The notes under the pieces were generated by a model. The model saw only the letters and a program-made list of their open reading frames with translations. It searched no databases and had not been told where the DNA came from. This document shows positions 1 through 12,400 of a DNA stretch of 64,000 nucleotides, in pieces; positions within the stretch are counted from its first letter, which is position 1; each line of letters opens with the position of its first letter. Origin of the DNA: Antedon mediterranea (lineage: Eukaryota > Animalia > Echinodermata); the NCBI RefSeq assembly GCF_964355755.1, contig NC_092674.1, positions 28,458,001 through 28,522,000 of the forward strand, written 5' to 3'. A program made the position numbers and the translations under genes.

Positions 1-345
1 CCTGCGTGAAATCAAACCTGCGATGTTTGAAGCACTGTTGCGTTGTCGGTTCCCACTTGCGATTACGCAATACATCACTTTGCGTCAATACGTCGCTGCG
101 TTATGTTGCGTTCGAGTGGGAACCACGCTTAAGCGTGGTTTCCACTAGCGACGCAAGGCAAGGACGTAACGCAACGCAAGTGAATTGACCAACCACAAGC
201 GATGTCTTATTCGCTTGTGATTGGTAACTGTCTATAACTTCGCTTGTCATTGGTTAAAACGCTTGTGTTGCGTTTACGTCCTTGCGTTACGTTCTAGTGG
301 GGAACCAAGCTTTACGTTGCGTTGCGTTCTAGTGGGAACCACGCT
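1..345. mobile_element. Stack of Harbinger/Tourist-like MITEs (type A end, full type B, another TIR end)
   Basis: TIR AGC(G/T)TGGTTCCCACTAG...CTAGTGGGAACCA(C/A)GCT ends at 129, 311 and 345, followed by TTA. Confidence 0.85.
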
Positions 346-348
346 TTA

Positions 349-1478
349 GATATTACATTAATCAGATTGGATACCCACCCATGTAATTATGGGTATTTTT
401 TCCGGTATATAACTGACGTATTATAAACTAATGTCATGTGACAGCAACGCACACGACGTTTATTTTTCAAATAAATTGTTATCACGTTATAAGTTTTAGT
501 TTTCATCAGAGAAACTTAAACACAATGATATCTGAGACAACAATTTTCTCATAATACATCAGCAATTGGCATGAGTGTACAATGTGTTTAAACGCATGTC
601 TCATCGTATGCAAATAGTCCAGGTCCCTATGTCAACAAAGGTGCCTTCGTGTGCAGATCATGGGGAAAGTGTAAACATTGTGTTTATGAATATTTCAATC
701 ATGCTGGTTATAAAAACCCATGTTGTTAAATTTCTAAAATTCATCTTTGACCTCTGACCTCAATTTGAATGTTTTTACCCATTGAAAATAAAATGGTCAT
801 ATCTTTGCAACGCCTAGATTAAATGAAATGCTTTTAGTGTCAAATTACTTGGGAGATGCATATTAATATTCGTTCTAATGGAAAAGTTGACAAGGCAAAG
901 ACAAGACAACGCTGAAATGGGAACACAATCAATTACAGAACAATGGATTCGAATATTTTACTGATAAATTAAATAATAATCGAATTTGTTTATAAGATTC
1001 GATTCAGACAGTGCCCACAGGTATTATAATGTTTGGTGGATGCACTGCTTGAAACTTAATAGGCCTAAAGATCTTTACATTACGCTGTCACATATTAGTC
1101 AATAACTGTCAGCGATCAATCAGTGTTCTTATTTGAATGAACAACTCATCATAAACGATCACATTGCAAATTTCAATTTACTGCAATACCAAATGTACCA
1201 GTTTTTCTCGGGTTTCCTTTTTAGAAGGAAAGGGGTTTAATATAACATGCGACTTACATAAACAAACGCACGAAATTCTCCATTAGTCCACCTGAAATAT
1301 GACTGTTGAAATAAGTGCGACGCTGACATGTGACCAATCAGTAAGACTTGTTCGACAATTACAATAGAGACAATACAGAAGATTATTTTACGAATTTTAC
1401 ACCGACACGTGAACAATCAGCAAGCTAAATAATTATTTGATTTTTAGTCGCGTGCAACGCGACTCTACATCTCACTAT
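349..1478. repeat. Paralogous copy of the GRL101 upstream/promoter region (20054-22306)
   Basis: Three colinear direct-repeat blocks: 349-613 ~ 20054-20329, 886-973 ~ 20334-20421, and 1005-1478 ~ 21866-22306. Positions 486-587 differ from 20201-20302 at only 3 of 102 nt. Confidence 0.9.
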
Positions 1479-1567
1479 GTCGGTCGGTTGGTCGGATGGT
1501 TGGATGGTCGACTGGTAAACTCAAATTTGAGCACTCGACTGCAGTCATGTATGTGGCCTTGTATTTT
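1441..1567 (+). mobile_element. Helentron-associated (HINE/DINE-like) short element
   Basis: T-run, then AGTCGCGTGCAACGCGAC, a (GGTC/GGTT/GGAT)n microsatellite, an inverted sub-TIR CACTCGACT, and a degenerate terminal hairpin GTCATGTATGTGGC. A truncated copy lies at 22269-22306. Confidence 0.5.
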
Positions 1568-1635
1568 TAAAGATTGCGCTATACGGTGCTGGATTTCGCC
1601 AAAGAAAATATAAGAGCAATGTCCCGCGCGCCTTA

Positions 1636-1760
1636 AGCGTGGTTCCCACTAGAACGCAACGCAACGACGTATCGACGCAAGGTGCTGTATTTGCGTAATC
1701 ACAAGTGGGAACCGACCACGCAATAGTACTGAAAACATCGCAGGTTTGATTTCACGCAGA
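1636..1760. mobile_element. MITE type A left part, possibly the end of a longer element continuing toward ~2900
   Basis: TTA + AGCGTGGTTCCCACTAG. Internal sequence is shared with 7628-7816 and 22873-23077 up to ~1758, then diverges. Confidence 0.7.
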
Positions 1761-2986
1761 CCGATAGGCTCAACACAGGCGTAGCAGTGCGTACAGCGTA
1801 GGGCATATCTGATTGGTCGATTGCAGCAGCCATCTTGTTGGTTCCCTCTCCATGGAGAATCACTTTTTGAACTGCAATTACATTACAGATTCCCATCCAG
1901 CTTTCGGCTATTACAGATCACTGTAAAACATCGCAACCACGACCACGTCGCGAAGTCGAGTTGTAAGCAAAGTGCACCCTCTATAAAGTTAAGGTAGAAG
2001 TAAAAACATAAATGAGAAACGGATACGGTATATGTGCGTGTACAATTTTAATTCATATAACAAGAGAAAAACCATTATTGAACCTAAACTTACACAACTA
2101 TCTATTTGTGTTTGACGTGCTTGAAAAGCAATGAACAAACAGGTTATCTACTTTGTGGGTTCATAAAAGGGACTAAGGCGAAGCGGTAAATTTTTCAAAA
2201 ATGGTGCGATCTCATTTACAAGTTTTATTAGTATTCACAAAAATACGAGTTAAACAGATCATCTTTGTTTTGCACTACAACAAACAGACAAAACGTTACT
2301 CCGCTTCGTCTTAAGCCTGCTTTCCTGTCGACGTAAGAAGTCGAATTTTGCAACGATTCTTGCGTTTCTTGCGTTTCTTACGAAAATTGAGAAAAAATTG
2401 ACGTCGTTGATGTACTGTACAACTAACAAAACCTTACTCGGCTTCATGATTCATGACGTTGACGTACAAACTGTACAAACGTTAAAACTTAACCGCATAC
2501 ATTCTTTGACGTATAAACTGTACAAATTAAAAAAAAACGTTTTTTGACCGCTTTTATCGTTAATGTAGGCCTACAAACTTACAAAACGTTCCTTAACCGC
2601 TTTTATACACACAAACGAAATGAAGTTACTGATAAATAATTTGTTACTGAATTTTAAATTTGGCATACGGTTTCACTTTAAAGTTAAATAACGATTTTAA
2701 ACTGTACAATATTGTTTGCTAATTTATCAAATACTAGTACATTGATGCAAGTTACTAACAACTATTGTTGAGTTATTAAACGATTTCTCTATAGCTCTAG
2801 CTTAAAAGTATTTCTTTTTTTCGTTGCCACCAGAAAAAATGTCCTTAGATATTTCATTTCTGTAAATCCATTTTATTTTCGTCTATAACTGAAACTTGAT
2901 TGTTGTTTACAGGAACATTATCTGTAAAGTAGCAAATAATTAGTTTTTTCTTATTAGTTTACATATACTACTTGCCTCATGCGTAA

Positions 2987-3158
2987 AGCTTGGTTCCCAC
3001 GCAACACAAGGACGTAACGCAACGCAAGTGAATTGACCAATCACAAGCGATGGCTTATTCGCTTGTGATTGCTAACTGTCTATAACTTCGCTTGTCATTG
3101 GTTAAAACACTTGCGTTGCGTTTACGTCCTTGCGTTACGTTTTAGTGGGAACCAAGCT
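2987..3158. mobile_element. MITE type B
   Basis: Same TIRs and internal palindromic CAATCACAAGCGA...TCGCTTGTGATT as 132-311 and 8020-8191. A diverged copy follows at 3249-3410. Confidence 0.85.
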
Positions 3159-3472
3159 TTAAGCATAGTCACACCGTAACATCAAAGTAGGCCTACTACT
3201 GCAGATTCATATTATACTCTATCATGCTGTTAATTCGTGTAGACTGATGCTTGGTTCCCACTAGAGACGCAACACACAGAGGTAATGCAACTTATAATAG
3301 TGGTTGACCAATTACCAGCGACGGATTATTCAAATGAGTCGCTTGTCATTGGTCAAACACGCTAGTGTTGCGTTTACGTCCTTGTGTTGCGTCGTAGTGG
3401 GAACCAAGCTTAATAGTGATTTATGCCGAAACCTAAACCCGGGATTATAATTCATCATGTGTGTAGGCCTAC

Positions 3473-6400
3473 CTTGTTTTGCATTAGATGGTTTGGCAGA
3501 GCATTGTCGACACTTTTTGATCGTTTGCACCGCTTTTAGGTACTGTTCCTCAATCGATTCCAGCTCTTCGTCTCTGATACCACCTCCCTCACTTGTTTCC
3601 AATCTGCTGGAGATAAGTACAGCCTTCTTCGAAGATTGTCTCAAGAACGGCAAAAGTTGTCGTTTTCTAAGAACGGTTTCTGGCAAGTCGGATAGTTGAA
3701 TGTTATCTTAAAAGAGACAAATAAAGCAAAATCTTAAACAGCAGTGTCGAATTGTTGTCACTTCCTCTTTTCGGATTTCATTGTTTTATGTAGTAGTGCT
3801 GTTGTCGCAAGAGGAAAGACATCACGATACTGTGTAACAGTTTGGACACGATTTCAAACCTCGGAAACAGATTTGTACCAGGACCATAATAAACAAGCAG
3901 CCACGTTACAATGCCACTTAAAACTTACCCATACACATGGAAAAATCCTGGATTTTTTTAATGCGCAAAGTTCTACATTTTGCATTGTAATTTTGGTGTT
4001 GGTCAATCAGCCTTCAAGGGTATTCAAAAAAAATTATTGCTCATGAATTAAACTTTATACCAAGGCAATCTAACAATATAATGCTGATAGAGGAACTCGC
4101 AACAGTCATTTGAACTTATGTATGGCTGCAACACAAGTACTAACAGTACATATTCTTCGCGGTTCGCGGTGTCTGTTAAGGGGCGTGGAACTGATCGTGT
4201 CGCGGCCACAGATAACCCATTTGATCCCCGATTAGATTGCCTTGCTTAAACTTACCAACTTCTTTCTGCTGTGTACTCATGGTTGATGTCTCCGATGTCA
4301 ATGATTTCTTCTTTGTGTCACTAGACACGTACGATGAAAACGTGTATAGATAAGGGTTGAGAGCTGAATTCAATGGTAAAATAAAAACAGCTGTCCATGC
4401 CACGACAGTACCCGGTATATCAAGATTCTCAACCGAATGAGCCAAAATACCCATGATGATGATTGGTAGCCAGCACGCCATATCCGTGAAAACAATGAAT
4501 GCCATTTTGGCTGCCATCTTGAGTTCCTTTTTCTTGTTGTCTGTTGACTGGTTAATATTGTCCTTCAAATTCTTAGCTGATTTCTTGACACTTACGTACA
4601 TCGTTATGTAACAGAATGCCATTACCAGAAAACTCAGCGAATTCACTCCGAAGAAGAAGGTCATTGCATAGCCAGGAGCAGGGATGGTTTGATGCGAGAT
4701 TGGTAAAGCTAAACACACAGAATTCGCGCCGTAAAACTTGTCTGCTTTTACGAATATAATCGGCGCAATAGAAACGACGAACACCAAAATCCAGCCTAAA
4801 ACAAGAACGCGAATGGCGCTCTTTGGTCGCAGTTTGTATCCACCGAACGGGTACACAATGCAAATAAATCGATCGACTGTTATGACTGTTAAAATAAAGA
4901 CAGACATCTCAGAAGAGAAAGTAGCAAGAAACCCAGCTAAGCTGCACACAAAGCTGTCTTTCCATTTCTCAGCATAGTCTATATAGTCACCGTAGTAATA
5001 GGCATCAGCTGACGCTATCACCAGTAGGTAGACACCCATGAAGAGATCAGAAACCGCAAGATTTTGAATCAGGTAACCCTGTACCTTGTTCATTTCTTTA
5101 GATCGTAAACGCCAGACCAATACAAAGATGTTCCCTACGAAAGCGCTGACGCCCAGAATCCAGATGAACACTCGTAGAACGGGCTCCTTCATCAGTTCCT
5201 TACAAGACGAAAATGGATCTCCTTCCGGGTAGCATTTATCAATCTCTGTATCACAGCAGAATTTACGATAATCGGTTCTCCTGAAATCATTACAAAGTTG
5301 TAATCAACTTCCGAGAGCTTCACAATATTAATAATAATAATGATATTTATTTCGTCACCAATGAAAAATAACCAGGAGTGAGAATAGGCTAAAGCCTAAA
5401 TAGATTCTGCACTTACTCCATACAAACAGTCAAAATATAACCTTATATATAAGAAAATTAAATAAAGTAATATTTAAATAAAACTATACATAATTATAAT
5501 TAATAATTAATATTTTAAGCCAAAATATCTGATATGGTAAATAATATACAATAGATTCAACTTACAGTAGAGTCAGCTGTAAATTTTTGAACGTATCAAC
5601 GGGAACTTCATCAATGAGATTTGCTTTAATGTTACTGAAATAATGCATTAGTATTAATAATAATACACTCAGTGCTGTATCTCCACTGTATCATAGGAAC
5701 ATTTGGTAATACAGCATTCCATGCGTACAAGCATGCACTTTAAAAATAGCGTTTAAATCTTAACCATCTATTTTGTACCCACTTTTTCCACACATTTAGC
5801 CTGTAAACACAACATATTTAGCGTGTATAAAATCTAAACGTGTCTATAGCTACAAGTTTTTCCTCCACTCGTTTAGCAGTCACCATTATGTTCAGTCAAC
5901 ATGTTTAGGCACCTATTTAGCGTTGCGTGCATATGATGTTACTGTGGCAAAAAAAAAGCTTTACACATGAGCTCCACACATGGCAAATTAAACACGTTTA
6001 AAACCTAAACGTGTCTTTATATTGCTCCACATGTTTAACAATCAACACGTCACTGATGTGTTAAGTTGGATACATACTACATGTTTAGAATGTATTTAGA
6101 ACCTAAACAGTTTCATATCTAAACATGTTTAAGGCTAAATGTGTGGGAAAAGTGGATACAAAATATATGTTTAAGATCTAAACACTATTTTTATAGTGTG
6201 AATAAGCATACATGGTTTTTACTTACACTTCTCTAAGTGCTTGTGTTAGTACGCTGGTGTGAATACGGCGAATGTTGTTAAAGCTCAAGTCGCTAAAAAA
6301 ATAATTAATTTTAATTTTTTTAATAGTTAATTAATACTCAATTTTTAATTACAAAATATTTGCGTCATTGTGGCATACACCTCCGACAATAAGGTTATGT

Positions 6401-9400
6401 TTTCGCTATCTTGGGTCATATTTTTTTTCTTAACAGTCATAACTCTGTATCCCACTAGGACGCAACGCAAAGTCGTAAACGCACCGCAGGGTCGCAAACG
6501 CAACGCAAGCGGGTTGACCAACGACAATTGACACTCTGAATAATCAATCACTTTAATTGGTCAGATCACTTGCGTTGCGTTGCGTCGTAGCTGGAAGCTT
6601 TTTTAATTGAACACACGATTAAAAAAATGTCGTAAACAACTTCTCTTACACAGACCTTCTGATACGTTTATGTACCAGAAACGATCGCATTATAATGACG
6701 ATTTTTATAATAACAATTATTATTATTTCAAAAAATCGAAATGAAATCTTACAGATTTCTCAGGTTAAACAATTCTTTAAACACGTCAGTAGGAAGAGAT
6801 TTTATGTTATTGTGCGACAGATCTCTGGAATAGAAAAAAAAATATAGAAATTACAAATATACATACTACTTTAATATTATTATTATTAGAAACGCTATTT
6901 GGCATCTAAGATATAGACGTTGAAGCGAACATGAAGTGTACTACATGCAATTTTAAATACTTACAACGTGTGAAGAAATTTAAATTCATCAATAATTTTA
7001 AAGAAATGTGTTGCGTTCTTTTGTAAACATCCACTTAGGTTTCTAAAATGAAAAAAAGTAAGAAGAATTGAACGTCTTAACCGTACAGAGAGTTGAATAT
7101 TTAAGGGCCTGGAGATGATGGTATTGAAACTTAGCCGGTTCCAGAGGCGTTACGCAGATGCCTTGGGGTTTTTAGCCCTTTTTTAATACCGGTTTTTTTC
7201 CTCTGGGCACTGCTCAGGTGCTCCCATAAGCTCCGGAGCCCCTGGGTTTAGTCATTGAGCGCTCATCATAGCCATTAACGTCACTGGTTCTCGCATGCTG
7301 CATGACACATGAAGGTGGTCTATTATGGTGTGGAAAAGAAGACTGTAAAAGTATTTTCGGTATTTTACTTTTACTCACAAATATCTAGCAGACACCGGAA
7401 GTAGCTGCACGTCAGCGATGCTCAAATAATTTGCAGGTGACGTCACACAATCTACTACAAATCCCGAACAAGTGCAACTTGGCGGGCATGAGATACCTAC
7501 AATATAACAGGTAATTTAAAGAGTAATATAAAACTGAAATATGTATCAATTGCGCGAAGAAAAAACCTTTTTAATATATGTAAAATGTCATCAACAGAAC
7601 AATAATAATGAAATGTCCTTAGATAGATTCCATAACAACGCAACGCAGCGCGTATCGACGCTAAGTGCTGTATTGCGTAATCACAAGTGGGAACCGACGA
7701 CTGCAAACATCGCAGGTCTGATTTCACGCAGGCGGGGACAAACACAATGATTGGAAGGGCCTTTTCTTACGTTGCGTAGATTGCGTTACGTTGCGTCGCT
7801 AGTGAGAACTAAGCTTAAGTCATAAAACGTTACAACTTTTAACTTACCACAAAACTGTTCGTCATCACCGCTTGGACAGTGCTTCACACCATCACATACT
7901 TCCAATGGCGATAGGTATTGCTTGGACGAGCGACAGCGGTAAAAGTTAGGCAGTACATAATCATCTGAAGCATTATACAAAAAAAAACTCAATACGTTTT
8001 ATGTTGTATCGCTGTATAAAGCTTGGTTCCCACTAGAACGTAACGCAAGGACGTAAACGCAACGTAAGCGTGTTGACCAATGACAAGCGAAGTTATAGAC
8101 AGTTAGCAATCACAAGCGAATAAGCCATCGCTTGTGATTGGTCAATTCACTTGCGTTGCGTTACGTCCTTGCGTTGCATGGGAACCACGCTTAAGTAACA
8201 TTGAAAATGACGCGTCTTTCAACCAGGAACAACCAAAATTGTGTGACGATATAGAGGGCGCTATACACATAATTTTTTTTTCTGTCTCTAAGTTTTCGTA
8301 GCCAGGATGAGCACAAGGCGTGTCGTCACACATCATCTAGCTAGCTAATGGAGTTTTTTGGTAATCGGATAATAATTAGATAATTTCTTTTTCTTTCCCA
8401 AATATAAATGACAAAAAAAAGGAGCATACCGCAATGATTCTCATCCTCTCCATTCGGACAGTCCCATTCCTTGTTACATCGTAGCCTTAACGGAATACAG
8501 TACGAATCAGGGCATTTGTACATATAAATCGAACACTCAAATGTTTCTGTTGGATGAATAACATGCTAAGTAATAATTACATCACTTTACATTTATGTAT
8601 TTTCAGGGAATGATGACGATTGTACGCGACAGTGTATAGCGCTGTAGGCCTGCTGTATGTACTACTGTATCTACTGTAGCAATGATTATAAAATATGCAT
8701 CCTCCATAATATATATGCGTGGAAATAAAAACCAACTGAATTGAAGGCAGTATGCCTGAATAGCGCCAACTATCATACAAAAACCATTCAGTGGAGTTTA
8801 ATCGCACGCACACTTACAAACTGAAAAACCAGACTTCTTACCGCAATCTCTTAGATGTGTCACATCTCTGCACCCAACTTGAATTCCGTATATATCAATA
8901 TCATATATGCATTCTAACGTCTTGTTATAGCAGGCGCCATTATCACAAACGCCTTCATCATCCGCACAAAAATCGTCGGATGTTGCCGTTCTATATTCTA
9001 TATGCAAATTATACAATTATTTTATTTTTTTGCTAGTGTCATAAATACAGAAAAGATAGGTGCTTTGCTTGACCAGTGTGACGCTTCGATATGCACTACA
9101 TGACGCTTTGCTGTGCCTGTGACGCTTCCTTATGCACTACATGACGCTTTGCTGTGCGTGTGACCTCATTATGCACATGACGCTTTCCTGTGCGTTAGGA
9201 CGCTTTGTTCATGCACATGACGCTTTGTACTGCACCAAAGGCTCGGTGTACAGACGCTTCGTTATGTACTAAATGACGCTTTACTTGGTGTATGACGCTT
9301 TACTATGCACATGACGCTTTGCTGTGCGTTATGACGCTTTGTTTATGCACATGACGCTTTGCTCTGCTTCCAAAAGCTTCATAATAATAAGGAAGGAATG

Positions 9401-12400
9401 AAGAGAAACCGTATATCTGTCTGAAGAGAAACCGTATATGCCATATATTTATAAATATTTGTCGTATTTAATATGTTAACTACAGTACATACCACATTCA
9501 TCATATTCATCTTCATGATTTCTACCTGGGCAGTCGACTGTCCCGTCACATACAGCGTGCTCTGGAATACAACTACCATCATAACACTGGATAAACCCAG
9601 ATGCACAGGCATCTAATATGAACAAGACAATGAGCATTTAGCGGTACGTTCGAGCAATGCGTCTCGTGGGATTTTTGTTGACGCATCAAATATCATAACG
9701 TAGGCCTAAATAGCACAGCCCTACCAATGTTACACGTAGAAGTGAGAAACTTATTTTCTGACATGAGAAATGCTTTATTTCACTCTGTCTTTATTTACGA
9801 GATTCCGGTACATATTACGGAAATGTCCCTTTACAATGAAAGTAAAATTTTTCTCTGATTTTTGTATTTTTCATATAACCGGATTGTAAATGCTTAATTA
9901 TGTCAACCAACACTATTAGCGAGTCTGAGATATTTTTATTGCTTTTTGACACTCCGCCAGAATGGTGTCCTGGTTTTTTTTTGTATTGTTATCATCATGT
10001 ATACTTGTTTTTTATGTGTTATTTATGTTTTCTGGAAAATAAATGAATATGAATGTGCATTTATTACATAATGAATTACAAGAAATTGTTATTTTTACCA
10101 CAATATTCATCTTCGTCCTCATTTTGGTCACAGTCTTTGACGCCATTGCAAAATAAGTTTTCATTTATACAGTTTCCACTTCCACAAGCCCTTTTACCGT
10201 CTGGACACGTGCGGGTAAAGTCTACGAAAATACATTTATAACAACTATAATTCATAGATACAATAAAGTTTAACTGCCCATAGACCTTTTCAATACTCTC
10301 AACAAATGTATAATATTCCTTGTCTTAACTTATCGGTAGTGTAAATACTTACTACAGGAATTTTCATCGTCCTCATTTCGCAAATCCACTTTGCCGTCAC
10401 ACAACAAAGACAGTGAAACGCATTTTTGCTCTTGTTCTGACGTGCAAAACAAAGCTGAAAACACAACATGTTGGGTATGTCTTATTCTGGGTTCCAGACA
10501 GAGTTTTGACTTAATATTAGTATAAGACAAATAGTTTGGCACATATGGCGTTTCATACGTATACTATTTTCCAGACAAAACTCGAATCGACTGGTGGACT
10601 AAGACAATAACTACAGACTTGGGGCAAGTCTAGATATGTCGTTAACAATTTTTGCACAATTCATGGTTATGAATTCCACAAATTTGGTCTTATTGAAAAG
10701 GGACTTATCATTACTATTATTTATTCAGGCAAAAGATACATTTACACAATTCTCTATATCCGGAGTAATCTCAATAATTAGAGTAATCTCCTATATATCT
10801 GATATTGAGATCTCACTGTTCCCTAATTACTTACTTTGTTCTCTTTCTTGGCACATAACTCCGTCTTCATCGGATGCGTCAGCGCAATCGTTCACACTAT
10901 CACAAGTAAACGCGTCAGCAACGCAATCTCCAGACTTACATTGGAAATAATGAGGTGATTGACAGATCGACGGTTCTTTAGAATCTTCAATAGTCATACT
11001 CACATTCTTAGTGAATACTGCGAAACAAAATGATAAAAATAAGTGTCAAAGAGAAGCGACGCAGAAATCACAAATTATTTATTTAAACATGTGGAGCAAT
11101 ATAAAGACACGTTTATGTTTTAAACGTGTTTAATTTGCCATGTGTAGAGCTCATGTGTAGAGCTTTATTCCGCCACAGAAAACAATCGTATGCACGCAAC
11201 GCTAAACACGTACCTGCTAAACACGTGAATGATTTAAACACGCTTAGCATGTAACTACGTGTTTAAAAACTCCACACTATTTTTACAGTGTAAGATCTCA
11301 TCACTCTTCCTTTAAAAGTAAGTGTCAAAGAGGAGCGAATGCAGAACTATTTGTATCCGTTGACCATCAAACATAGTCAATAAGGTAGACTGGTAGTAGA
11401 GAAATATAACTAATAGAACATAATTCATGCATCCCCTATATACCAAAGAAAAGTCTGAATATAGAGGTGCGACCAAGACGCACATATCGTCTTTCGGGAC
11501 GAATTCACCTATGAAAAGTCTGGATAAGCTCATGAGACTAAAATTGTATGATGCTTCAGTGCCACGCTTATGTGAGGTTCAGATAATTTATATTATGTAT
11601 AATACAGGCATAACGTACAACTTGTATGCACTTGTATGCATATTAAAAAGATGATATTTGAAACATATTGCTAGCTACTATTGCTACTGCAAAATTGGGG
11701 TTGTAAACATTTAGCTTACTATCACTTTGTTGTGTTTGTGTTTTTTGTTTTTTTTTTTTTTTTTTTTCTGTCTCAAAATGTCATTTTTTGTTTGTTAATG
11801 TACTGCGTCCGTATAATATGTTTTATGTTTATGCTTAGGACTACAAAGACAAGCCACTTTGGCTTCTGTGTATCTTAACCCATAAACTTTGTAAAATATT
11901 GAATATTGAATAAATGTTGTATAAAAAAAAAAAAAAAAAAAAATTGTATGGCTTGTGTGCATTCTTTTTTATGAGATTCTCAGTTCGAGTCGTCTTGATT
12001 CGTCGGTGCTGTCTGAGTTGCTGCACGACGTGACGAATAGTCTGTCGAGATAGCGTCGGGCGTAGTTTTTAGGTCGTCGGGACGCGACAACTCGTCGGGC
12101 CTCGTCGTACAACGCTATCTGAGTTATACAGCATCTGTTGTGATTCTCTCGTATCATGGAATATTAAGTTTTAAGGGTTTGTTTGGGGTGTATGATACAT
12201 GCTTCACATTGTGTTTTTTTGCATGTGATGATGTCTCACGAAATGTGCCTATGATTACAGATTAAAACACAGTACTGAAAATCAGCTCCTTATTTGGCCA
12301 TTATTCTGAGCCTGTGTACAGTACAAACTACGGTGGTTATTATGACGGCGGTTATTATGTGAGGGTGGTTATTATGTGACGGCGGTTATTATTTGACGGC

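Noticed and set aside
4176-4255. ORF-track stop at 4176 as the receptor end
   Set aside because: A strong GTAAG donor at 4255 and the in-phase exon 3706-3473 suggest splicing. Read-through cannot be excluded.
11312-11533. Possible extra GRL101 exon (GEFVPKDDMC...)
   Set aside because: An acceptor-like site exists, but there is no recognisable domain or convincing in-phase donor.
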